Source: Oculina patagonica (taxonomy: Eukaryota). Taken from it: a stretch of DNA of 64,000 nt. The translations under genes were made by a program, and so were the position numbers. Under the pieces are notes generated by a model, which worked only from the letters and a program-made list of their open reading frames with translations, had not been told where the DNA came from and did not search any database. Shown in pieces: positions 1 to 11,498 of the stretch. Location: positions 62,434,001-62,498,000 of the forward strand of contig NC_135761.1 in NCBI RefSeq assembly GCF_052425735.1. The letters are read 5' to 3'. Position 1 is the stretch's first letter. Each line of letters begins with the position of its first letter.

Positions 1-97
1 GCAAACAATCAAACCAAACTATAGCCTTTTATCGCAAATTCGTCTAAAGAACTGGTCTGTTTCGTCTTCTTTTACCGCCACGTTATTGAATATCTAT

Positions 98-438
98 GTA
101 AGTAAGGTAGGTAAGGTCTGCGTTGGAGCCTAGTGGCCATCAGGCCGGAGCTTATCCTGCTTTCAGAAGCATGAAGCGACTGGGAGTATTTCTACTCGCT
201 CTATAGATGGGATGCTAGTCCGTCGCAGGGTTACTCCCCAGCATTAAATTCGCCGGTACCCATCTGGTACCCGCCGGTACCCAGCATTAAATTCGCCGGT
301 ACCACCTGGATTAAGGGAGGCACTCTGAGAGTAAAGTGTCTTGCCAAAGAACACAACACAGTGACCCCGGGCAGGACTCGAACCCGGACCGCTCAATCAG
401 AAGTCTAGTGCACTAACCGTTAGGCCACTGCGACTTCC
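98..438 (-). mobile_element. tRNA-derived SINE, full length, in guanylyl cyclase intron
   Basis: Minus-strand head has Pol III A-box (TGGCCTAACGGTTAG) and B-box (GGTTCGAGTCC) and a CTTAC/CCTAC-type tail. 10-bp TSD GAATATCTAT at 88-97 and 439-448. Internal duplication of CCAGCATTAAATTCGCCGGTACC. Homologous to 56743-57030. Confidence 0.9.
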
Positions 439-520
439 GAATATCTATTTAGAACCTTTTTATTTCATTTTCAAAGATATCGAGTCAGTCACTTAGCCAT
501 AACCAACATTGTTATTTCAG

Positions 521-3500
521 TGCTTCGAGAACGTCACAGTCATGTTCAGCTACTTGGATAGCTTTGTCACAGTTTGTTCTCAAGTGGACGCCATGGAAGT
601 TGTTAACCTTGTCAATAATATGTTCATTGCATTCGACAAGTTGACTGAGCTGCATGATGTTTATAAGGTAATGATATTAATATAATGAATTTGTTAACGG
701 ATCAATGACAAACATGAGTGAAACAATGTGTGAATACTCGACCCTTCAAAACCTTCAAGAGCAATCAAAAAAGTTCGACAAGTTGACTGAGCTGCATGAT
801 GTTTATAAGGTAACGATATGAAATTAAAATAGAAATAAACTTATTAACGGATCAGTAAAAAACATGAGTGAAATAATGATTGTGTGAATACAATTGAAGC
901 CCGATAACTCGAACCTTCAAGAGCATTAAAAAAAGCTAAAAAAAAAAGTTCGAGGTATTGGGTGCTTCGAGTTATCGAGGGTATTCTTTTAGTTATCGTG
1001 TGTTTCGAGTTATCTAGGGTAAAATTAGTAAGAGAATGGCCAAGAAGGGAAATTAAAAAGGTTCGAGCTACAGGGACGTTTGAGTTGTCGAGGGTTCGAG
1101 TTATCGGAATTCAACTGCATGTAAGTGAATCTGGCGATTTGTCGGAAGGGTTGTCGAGGGTTTCGAGTTGTCGAGGATTCGAGTTATCGGGATTCAACTG
1201 TAAGTGAATCTGGTGAGGTGTGAAGTGGACTTGTGAGGTGAAGGAGTGAATGTGTCGTAGACTGTTCACGGTAAATTATAGCCATTTTGAAGTTTATCGT
1301 GAACGAATCATTGGCACACTAAAATTGTTCGACAAATTTGAAATGCCAATTACAAATTGCGACAAAAATAAAATAGGACTAGTTTAAAATGATTTAAGAT
1401 TGTCGTAAAATGGGGAACATGAAATTTTTCTCTACTTAAAAATGGAAATAATTAATCACGATTGTGTGATATAGTTTGAAACCTTAGGGGACGCAATGTA
1501 CATGACGGTCAGCGGTGCTCCAGTGAAGAAGGCTCGTCATGCTGAACCAATCTCGGCAATGGCACTGGACATGTTGGAAGCTGTTAAACTCCTAAAGAAC
1601 CCTGCCACTAAGAAGCCAATGACAGTGAGTATTGGTAAGCTATGACTTTATTCATGTAGTTAGGGGAGACTGTTTATATTAATCACAATACCGTCTTTTC
1701 TCGATTAAAAGCTGGGTGCCAAGTAAAGGCAGGCTCTAATGTGGACTTGTAAATCAGCCCTCGATTATTTATTCCAGGTATAGGTAGCTCTATAGGCCAG
1801 TTGGCTAGATCAAAAGTAATGCAAACACCCATGTTTAATGAATGTCGGCCTAAAATAAATAACAAAATTTAAACAAACGTTGGTCCACCAGGACGAGCCA
1901 AGTCTCAAATAAACAATGGGGACGTTTAATCGAGAAAAAACGTTACCCTCGTAGTTGACTTTAAAAGCCAATGAAAACCCTATCAAGAGGGTTAAGCTGG
2001 TAGCTTGCTCCTGATTGGTTAAGGCGACACATTCTGCAATCTGATTGGTTAGATCAGCGTTTTCTCGGAAGGTGGTTAAAAAATGTTGATTTCAAATATA
2101 ACTGCTATAATATTGCTTTTCAGGAGTCTTTTGCATCAATAATAATAATAATAATAATATTTTTTATTCAGCTCAAATTAAAGTTTAAAGTTTTGTTCGT
2201 ATTCTTAATAAAATAGAAATAAGGTATTACAGGAATTTGTAGTGAATTAAGTATTGAGCTTGGGAGCTAAATCAACATGGTGCAAGTAAAGTTGATTCAT
2301 CCGGCTTATGGTAATACGTTGCCCTTTTGTAAAGAAAGCATTCTCCTCCAAACAAACAAGAACAATACTGTATTGCATGTAAATTGTATCCAAAAGTAAC
2401 TCATTTTTCGTCCTTCCAAGTTTTGTTTGCGTCAGGGAATAGAAGCCTAGCGCAACGACTCAAATAGCGAATGTAACGAGCAGAATTTACTGGACGCTTT
2501 AACGACATTAAAATGTTAACTTTGAGTTTCTCTACATGTTCTTAAACAGGTATGCACTCTGGTTCCGTGGCAGCGGGTTTAGTTGGTGAAAAGACACCTC
2601 AGTACTGCCTATTTGGAGACACGGTGAACATTGCTTCACGACTTAGAACCACTGCCTTGGTAAGCTGCACGAAAGTGTTTGCATTATCCGTTTATGATGG
2701 CAGTTTGTATTAGCTGTGCTTAGGGAAACTTCTTGTTCAACGCTATGCTGGGGCATCATACTGCATGGAGGGTCTGCAGGGAGGAGTACGTCCGGCGTCC
2801 TATGCTAGCCAATGGCCTTGTGTTGAGCAATTGACTAGACATCCCCCCACACAAAAATATAAATCAGTACTGGCATCGTAGTGTTAGGAAAACTTTGCAA
2901 CATTCTGGGGGTATACTTGCAATGGACTAACACCCTATCCTGGTGGAAGTGGCAAATCTCCTTTTCAATTTATCTAACAGAAATGGGAGTCAGGCGTAGA
3001 CCGGTGCCACTGGACTTGAAAAAATGTTCGCCTTACTATTAATTAATTATATACTTATTCGTTCATGTTGTTTTATACCTTTCAGCCAATGAGAGTCCAT
3101 ATCAGCGAAGCAACCAAAAAATGCTTGGAAAACACAGAATTTCGAACTGAATTCCGAGGCATGGTGGAACTGAAGGTAGCTATAAAATAATTCCATTTTG
3201 TTATTATTATTTTGTTTAAATTTGTGTGCCAACTTTCTAGAGTTGGAAGAACTTAAGTGGTTTGTACTGCTGGTAATGCATTCGAAATGCATTGAGCAAA
3301 GTCACAGTCAATGTAGCGCTGTTTTTTTCTTACGCGATGTTAATAAGAAATGTGACTGTTAACATGATATTTTTTGGTGGCCTGTTCTGTGTTCAAATTT
3401 CTACTCCCTACCCAAATTTTCTGGTACTAAGTCATCATGCAGTTGATTTTGTACACTGCTCCTTGTCCGTCGCTTGTTTCTTGTTATCATTCGTTAATAA

Positions 3501-3594
3501 TAATATATTCTTTTATTTTCTTTGTTCTTCTCAAAAGGGTAAAGGGAAGACTAAAACTTACTGGATGACTGGAAAAAAGAAGTCCTCTAAATAA
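521..3594 (+). CDS. Soluble-type guanylyl cyclase, C-terminal class III cyclase domain; last 5 coding exons (gene begins upstream of the window)
   Basis: Exons 521-667, 1475-1634, 2550-2659, 3086-3175 and 3538-3594 are all AG/GT-bounded and in phase. Translation: [15 protein letters not shown]...[28 protein letters not shown]...[12 protein letters not shown]...[36 protein letters not shown].../PMRVHISE...[25 protein letters not shown], showing guanylyl cyclase motifs ETx[11 protein letters not shown] and KGKG..TYW. Confidence 0.9.
632..955 (+). repeat. Tandem duplication of a cyclase exon 3' end, its splice donor and intron start
   Basis: 632-667 is identical to 774-809 (36 nt), each followed by GTAA. 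Downstream intronic copies (668-773 vs 810-955) are alignable but diverged. Confidence 0.9.
891..1200. mobile_element. TA-flanked MITE (Tc1/mariner-like) with TTCGAGTTATCG subrepeats and a duplicated right end
   Basis: TA-CAATTGAAGCCCGATAACTCGAA ... TTCGAGTTATCGGGATTCAACTG-TA inverted termini; right end repeated at about 1096-1137 and 1178-1216. Confidence 0.75.
1691..1943. mobile_element. TA-flanked MITE (pogo/Tc1-like), diverged
   Basis: TA-CCGTCTTTTCTCGATTAAA ... TTTAATCGAGAAAAAACGT-TA inverted termini. Confidence 0.6.
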
Positions 3595-4848
3595 AATCCC
3601 TGCTACTTTTCTGTTACTAGCCTGTGAGCACGCTCGCCTTTGGGTCACGCGCATGAGTGAAAGACAGGCAATAATAGATGGGATATTTGCAATGTGTAGC
3701 TATTTTAACACCTCACTTTTCCAGTTTACTTACAACTTTGTACATTTTTGATAAAAAACAAGCACAAATGCACAAACAAACTCATATCACACAAATGCAA
3801 AAATAAATTAATTCAATAACGAGGTACCTTTTTTAAGATGACGAGGATTCCTGGCATTCATGAACTATTTATTCAAAATTGATGTTATGTATATGAAATG
3901 ATTCATTTTATCACTCTCTTATTCAAAATTGTTGTAAATATGGTAGAAACACCTTGAGTTTATATACCTGTAAAAAGAATGGGGAACATGGAGCGGGAGG
4001 GGGGGTGGTTGGAGGAATGAAATGGGGGGGGGCAAAGATGTCGCAAGAAAATTCCCCTGTGATTAATTATTAATTATTACGCAGGCTATCGTTTTTTTGT
4101 CAAAAAGATCTAACTAAGTTTGCTTGATAAGTAGTACAGGTCGTTACTTTGAGTAAGGGTTAGTTTTGAATACGTGCACTGCCATATGAAAGGGACGCGC
4201 ATGCTCCTCGTCTAGCCAAGGGGTGTAAATAGAGGACTTTTGTCTTACTTTGGGTTTTCAGGACAGAACGCCAATATTTTTAGCCGTCAAGCGTTTGTCA
4301 AGGAATGAAAACACCTTCGCATCATACTGTTTAGGGGTCCAAAAAGGCTCGTTTCTCCTTCAATGGTTTAAAACGTAATTTTAATTTTTTGATGAGCAAC
4401 CCCGTCCCTTTCATATTTCTTGGTGTGCCCCCCTCCCCCACAGAAGGGAGGCACTTCATTGGAACGTAGCCACCTTCATTTAATTCACACCAATAAGTAT
4501 TAGTAGAATTATTTTAGTATACTAATGCAAAAGCGACAATCTGATTGGTTGAGCTACTCGTATACTATCAACCGTTATTATACGAGTTCGCGTGAGCTCG
4601 GAATGTGTAAAGATAAGTTATACTATATAATGCAGAAATAATTGGAAATAGTTCAATTGGAGGTACTTTAGTGAGAATCCACTAAAACAATTGGATTATG
4701 AGCTCAAACTTTCTATGAGACAAACAATCTTATTGCTAAATACTTCTCATTTAGCTATCCTGTACTCTATTTACACCAGCTAAACTCGGTTTATTGAAAA
4801 CTGAAAACTACTAGGAGATTTGTTGAAGGAGTTACCAAGTGCATTCTT

Positions 4849-6083
4849 AACGAGTGCTCCATTCGGAGAGTGTAGTGTTTGAAATACATGTAGCAACCAA
4901 GATTGACACCTCTATAAAGCCGAAGCGGTTACTGTTAAGACCATAAATAAATGCAACATAACATTGTCCTCCCTTGGACACGACGATAAGCATCACGTTT
5001 TTACTTATCACATTGCAGTACTGTTGATGACAATTAAATTTACATCGTCATTTATTTCGCAATGTAGTGATTTCAGTTTAATTTTCGTTATAATCACAAT
5101 ATGCGAAGTTTTCGCTTATTTCCCTCCTCCGGCCATTTGACCGGTTCAGTAAACTCATGCTGACTACAGACCGTCCGAAAATCCAAAAGCAAAACAATGT
5201 CACGGACAAGAAATCACAATGAAAATCGAAAAGATGGGCAATACAATAACTATTTCTGTGCAGTTGAATAACGATAGTTCACAAACCTCTCAAAGTAGAC
5301 TTGGAAATTTTCGGCCCAAAATCCTTCCAACTGACGAAACCAAACCTATATAACCGTTCGTTAGTTCACAGTGAAGCCACAGTTTCCACGTTAAAAAACA
5401 AAAAAACACGGTAATTGTCGTAAATGTTTTGCTTTTTTCAACAGATGGAATCAGCAGTGAAAGTATTGTTTTTTTTTTTTCACTGTGAAGATTTCACACG
5501 GCTTTCGTGCTCTTGTTATAATGTCTCACGGTCTGAAAAGTTTCTTCTCAGGAAATACTCCACTCTCAAACAAAATTTCCATTCATGGAAGGAAATACTT
5601 CAGAAATGTTCAATTTGCGTGACGGATTGTCGGTGTCGGGAAAAGGTCATGTTGCTTTAGATTAATTAAATTGCCCGTGGTATTAAAATTTAGAAAAAAC
5701 AATTCTACAAATCTCTTTATAAATCATTTAGAAACTTTCGCTTTCATGCTTGACAAATCGAAGAAACTTTACTTGCCAACTCGAAGTTTTTGACATGTAT
5801 TTGCTGTTTCTTTAGAGGCAAAAGACAAGAAATTCTTGCAATTTATACCTGGAAACGCATATAATTACATACGATCTTTTAAAAGTAGCCCGAGGATTTT
5901 GTGACACTCCGGCTGCAACGCATGCTATTTAAAAGCCGATCTTTTGAAATGAATGGCACGCTTGTTCTACTTCAGTGTACATTAGTCCACACCTAGCGTT
6001 ATCCCGGTAGCACTTTCACCTCACCCACAACCACTGCATAAGTGTAGTTCAAACACTACGCTAAAAATGGTTCTTTTTGTTAA
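4849..6083. mobile_element. ~1.2-kb TIR-bounded non-autonomous element, possibly TTAA-flanked
   Basis: AGTGTAGTGTTTGAAATACA (~4870-4889) is the inverted counterpart of TGTAGTTCAAACACTACGCT (~6043-6062). TTAA lies just outside both ends. The segment is missing from duplication copy 2. Exact ends uncertain. Confidence 0.55.
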
Positions 6084-6566
6084 CAGTCATCAGCACAGCA
6101 AATAACACAACAGAAGCTGGTGCGTTTTGTCAATATCTGGCGGAAAGAAAAAAGTGCAGATCGCAGCTTACATGGGCCAACGGTTTAGCGTTTGCTCATT
6201 TGTCAGAGAATGATACCAGTTTTCTAAATACAGTTCACGTGTATGTATATAAGCAGAAGCTTGATAAGCTTCTGATATAAGGGATGGATGAAACCATATT
6301 GTATACCATATATACTTCAGTTTTTTACAGTTTAAATATAACCTGTAAACTTTGTAAACACTTTGGGGTAATAAACACAGCAGTTGTGAAGTTGTAGTAC
6401 TAGTTTTTCACTGTAAAATACCAGATTTATTCCTATTTCAGGCCATGTACCAATATTGATTCGTCTGCGCACGCGTGCCTCGTCAGCTCCGTTGCACGTG
6501 CTCCGAGTTAACTCTGGTAATAAAACACTCTAAAAATTCTCAACCATCCAGAATGTTGCTGCTGTT

Positions 6567-6567
6567 T

Positions 6568-6607
<40 letters not shown>
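6567..6607 (+). repeat. (GTT)n microsatellite
   Basis: About 13 GTT units; shorter paralogous tract near 10176-10191. Confidence 0.9.
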
Positions 6608-6698
6608 ACGTCCAATTTTCAAAACCCGTGAGTCACCTGTTCCACCCATAAAAATAATTAAACCACCCAAGACACTGTAAGTGTCTGGGGTGGTTTAA

Positions 6699-7246
6699 AG
6701 GAGAAGTTCACTCCAGAATGGCCATTTATTTTCTTTACGTCAATAAAACGTTTACACAAAGATATGTTATTCACCAAAATTTCAGCCTCCAACGTGCGCT
6801 TTAACCCTACGAAATCTTTCCCCAAACTCGACAACTGAACGCCGCCATCTTGGAGCTGGTAATGTATGCGTGACGTCAAAGAGCTCAGCCTGAGATTTTG
6901 CGGGAAAATTTTAATAGTCGAAACTCCTTGGTTTTTGTATTTTTGGAGCTCTGTTTGAGCAAAATGAAGCTGCGTAAAGAGGCATTTTGACAAACAAAAG
7001 CCACTACGAAGAAACAAGGAGTTTCGAGTATTTAAATTTACCCACCAAACTTCAGGATGAGCTCTTTGACGTCACGCATACATTACCAGCTCCAAGATGG
7101 CGGCGTTCAGTTGTCAAGTTTTGGAAAAGATTTCGTAGGGTTATAGCACACATAGGAGGCTGAAATTTTGGTGAATAACATATCTTTGTATAAACTTTTT
7201 TTTGGCGTAAAGAAAATAAATGGCCATTCTGGAGTGAACTTCTCCT
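6699..7246. mobile_element. Kolobok-like non-autonomous DNA transposon with ~195-bp TIRs
   Basis: TTAA TSD at 6695-6698 and 7247-7250; termini AGGAGAAGTTCACTCCAGAATGGCC / GGCCATTCTGGAGTGAACTTCTCCT. TTAA plus RR..YY termini are typical of Kolobok. Absent from duplication copy 2. Confidence 0.85.
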
Positions 7247-8702
7247 TTAAGGTAAAGTGTTTAAGCTAATCAAATGAACATTCATGTTGATTCACCTCAA
7301 AAAAGGATAAAAATGAGTACTTTATTGAATAAAGCCTTTTGAGGACACTGAGAAGTTAAATTTGAAGCATCCCATTTTACTTATTTGCAAATTTTTTATA
7401 ATGTATTTGAACTATTTTATGATTCCCTTTGCTTTTGTAAGATCTCGATTTATGTTTTAAAATATCTTTCATTTAATTTAACCCAAATTAAAACTATTAT
7501 CTAAATGTATATTTACAAATAAGCTTACTGTTTGGCTCAAGCAAACTGCAATTTTTTTTTAATATAACTTTGTTCTTTTGCATATGGAATATTAAAACTT
7601 TCTTTCGCAATATAACGCTTTACACACGTAACTCGAATTTATTTATTTTTATATTATTCCTATAAGTTGTGACGTAATCTTCGCCGCTAAGGTAAATTCC
7701 ATGACTCGCTAGAAGCGACTAAGCTCTCCTACCTTGTCATATTATTATACACGATAAACACGTTACAGTAAATAGACGTAAAATAGTTCCAAACTGCTTG
7801 AAATCATGCTGTAACAATAGCAAACGACACCATTTCATGTTCCGTCAACTTTATTTAAAATTTTCCCTTTTATTTATCGCTCAAAAGTTTTCCGTTTAAA
7901 ACCCATACAAACTCTTATATTATAAAAGGCCGCCATTTTATTTTAATAAATGCAAATTTCGTGCTTGGGCCACCTGTGTTCTCAGACACGCTGTCTATCT
8001 GTGTCTGCTCGATTCAACATCTCTTCAGTAAAATATCGTTCATAGTTATTCGTTGCTTATGCATAAGCTCTGCAATAGAAAAAAGAATAACAATTTCAGT
8101 ATTTGTTAACGGAAAAATTGACAATTTAGCGTGGAAGAAAAAGCCAACTCGTTGTTTCGTGACTAATCCAAACCTTGGCAAACCTTTCAGCTGATTACTC
8201 TTGCGGTTTGTTGCATATGATTGGTCGCGAAACAATAAACATTGCAGAAATAATTTTAGGCGTTCATGGTTCTACGGCTTTCGCTGTAATTTATTAATGA
8301 AATACTATCTGATATCATATAGTTAAACTATTGTAAACTATAAACAGCCGATGCATGGAAACGAAAACTGCGATACAAATAAAGTTTATTGATTAAGGCG
8401 TAAAATCAAGATCGTGGCATATTGGCCAAGGCACCTTTTTGTGGACTTTTGGCACAAGACAAAGACAAGATTTCGCGAGCCGTCTTGGATCGAGCAACTG
8501 CACGTACGTTTGGACGCCAGCTTACTCAAATAACTTTGTAAGTTAAACAATCATTGAAATTTTCAGTAGAAACACGGTAAAAGTCCACTATAAATAACAT
8601 GATCGCCAACTTTGCAATCCAATGCCTTACCAAAACTGCACTGAGATGTGAACGGAGCAGTTTTCACCCTTTTTTAATTATTAATTAATTAATTTTTAAT
8701 TA

Positions 8703-8938
8703 CACCCGCTTTCAATGTTAAATGCATAGTAATCTTTCTACATCCATCTTTCGACATCATCTTTCGACAGCGTCTTTCAACAGCGTCTTTCGTCGTGCTG
8801 TTTGAAATGAGCCAATCAAAACCGATGTAAATGTCAGTGTGCTGTGATGGGCGGATTTCGATCCGTGTTGTTTGTTAAGCATGTCGAAAGATGGATGTCG
8901 ACAAAAAGCCGCTATGCACGCAACAATGAACGCGGTTG
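8703..8938. mobile_element. TA-flanked MITE with CATCTTTCGACA subrepeats
   Basis: TA-CACCCGCTTTCAATGTT ... AACAATGAACGCGGTTG-TA; internal inverted ACATCCATCTTTCGACAT / ATGTCGAAAGATGGATGT. Confidence 0.7.
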
Positions 8939-8939
8939 T

Positions 8940-10777
8940 AATTCAAATTAGTTGTAAATATGGTAGAGACACCTTGGTTTTATATACATGTAAAAAGAAT
9001 GGGGAACGGTGAGGTTGGTTAGGGTAATGAATGCATGGTGTTGCAAGAAAATTCCTCTGAGATTAATCATTCAACATTTTTGTTTCGATATGAGTAACAC
9101 CCTTTTCAGAGAATCAACAATATCAAACTAAGCTTGCTTCATAAGAAGTACAGGTCGTTACTTAGGTTTGAATACATGCACTTTGCCCTGGGGGACTTCC
9201 ATATGAAAGGGACGAGGATGCTCCTCGTCTAGCCTAGGGTGTAAATACCGGATGTGTGTCTTACTTGGGGTGTTCAGGATAGAATTTTTTTTTTTTTTTT
9301 TTTTTTTTTGCGCCAATATTTTTAGCCGTCGAGGTTTTGTGAAGAAATGGAAAACGCCTTCGCGTTGTATTGTGTTGGCTGTAAGTGTCTAGACCGATCA
9401 AGCAAGAAAAATATGGGTCAAAAATGGCTTGTGCCACGCCCAGATTGGCCTCATTTAGGGGCATAAATGCAATTTAAATTTTGCGATGAGCATCCAAGAC
9501 CCTTTCAAATGAATGGGCCCCCCTTCCCACACCGGGGAAGGGGGCACTTAACCAGCTACCACGTAACCAGCTTCCTTTTATTTACACCAATAAAAGTAAG
9601 GTTTTTTTTATAATACTTCCCATCTAGCTATCCAGTACTGAAAAACTCTGAGTCTTGTTCAAGGAGCTACCAAGTACGTTTTTATAAATGGTTCTTTTTG
9701 TTAAAAGCCATCAGCACAACAAAGAATAAAATAATAGCTGGTGTGTTTTGTCAAAATATAGGTTAGCGGACAAGAAATAAATGCGGATCAAAGCATAATA
9801 TATGGGCCAACGATTCTTAGAGAATCATACCAGTTTTCTAGATGAAAAATTCAGTTCACGTGTATGTATATAGAGGAAAGATGAAACCGTATTGTATACC
9901 ACATATACTTCAGTTTTTTACAGTTTAAATATAACCTGTAAACTTTGTAAACACTTTGGGGTAATAAACACAGCAGTTGCAAACTTGTCGTTCTACACTG
10001 TAAAATACCAGATTTATTTCCGTTTCAGGCCACGTACCAATATTGTTCCGTCTGCGCACGCGTGCCTCAATAGCTCCGTTACTTGCGCTCTTAGTTAACT
10101 CTGGTTATGGAAAACTCTAAAAATTCCCAACCATCTAAAATTTCCATTTCTTTGATTTTTTTATTGTTGCTGTTATTGTTGTTGTTGTTGTACGTCCAAT
10201 TTTCAAAACCCGTTGGTCACTTGTTTAATTTCAACCATAAAAATAATTAAACAACCCAAGATGCTGTAAAATGAAAGGTGTTTTAAAAGCTGATCACATG
10301 AACATTCATATTGGAACAAAACTGCAACCTCTTGGAGAAACTTATTCAATCAAAGAAAGTCAGTCACCTCAAAAAGGATAACAATGACTACTTTAAATGG
10401 GTACTTTATTGAATAAAGTCTTTCGAGGACACTGATAAGTCAAATTTGAAACATCCCCCATTTTAATATTCTATAATGTATTTGAATTATTTTATGATTT
10501 CCTTCTGCTTTTGTAAGATCTTGATTTATGTTTTAAATATCTTTCATTTAATTTTACCCAAATTAAAACTATTATCTAAATGCATATTTACAAATAAGCT
10601 TACTGTTTGGCATAAGCAGGCCGCCAATTTATGAATATAACTTTGTTCTTTTGCATATGGAATATTACAACTTTCTTTCACAATATAAAGTTTTAAATAG
10701 GTAACTCGAATTTATATAATTTTATTTTTTACATTTAATTCGTGACGCAATCTTCGCTGCAAAGGGTAAATTCCATG
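8940..10777 (+). repeat. Local segmental duplication, copy 2 (compact)
   Basis: Direct paralog of 3920-7705, lacking its inserts. Confidence 0.9.
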
Positions 10778-11498
10778 AGGCAAAATTAGAAAAATAGTAA
10801 TTAAATTACTTTGATATATCTGGCCGTTGGCTGCTAGATTCGTGAACGACATTATCAAGTTTCCCTATTAGTTAACTAAAGTAATTTTCCTAAATAAAGT
10901 TACGTTATGGCTAGGATACTCAGTCTTACTTTTATAGTCCATATGTGGTCGCTCTTGTAAAAAAAAGGTATACGTAATATCAAGTATCAAGGCAGTAAAT
11001 ATCCTGCGTTGTTTCCTGGCACATAGGTGAATAACGTTTTATATTACCAAGTCGGTATTACCAGGCAAGTCGGTTAATAACCAGGGCAGAAAGCTTATAA
11101 TCATATATATTTTCATTAAATTAAAATTGTTTTATAGGGAAATTTAACGTTGTAAGCCAAGCAGAAAGCGAGATTTTTCAGGGCTGGCCACTACTGGTTA
11201 GCCGATTTAAGCGGACGAATGGTTGACTTGATATAATCTAACAAACTATAAATTACTTTTTTTCAAGAATGGTCTTGAGATATTTCCAAATATAGCATAT
11301 ATCTATATGAAGATACCATTTTATATGTTCTCTATTTATGAAGAATATATTTTTCTCTCAACGAATCCTGGCGTTGTTTATAAAATAGTTATAAAGAATT
11401 CCTTGATAATTAACAGAGGTTTCTAACAAACGTATAAATTGTTTCTTCAATCATAAACATATTACAGTGTATATGAAAATTATTTCCTTCAAATAACA

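Larger units (their letters stand above)
3920..7705 (+). repeat. Local segmental duplication, copy 1 (expanded by insertions)
   Basis: Colinear blocks 3920-4500, 4740-4850, 6065-6680 and 7255-7705 match 8940-9600, 9612-9680, 9685-10265 and 10280-10777. Confidence 0.9.
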
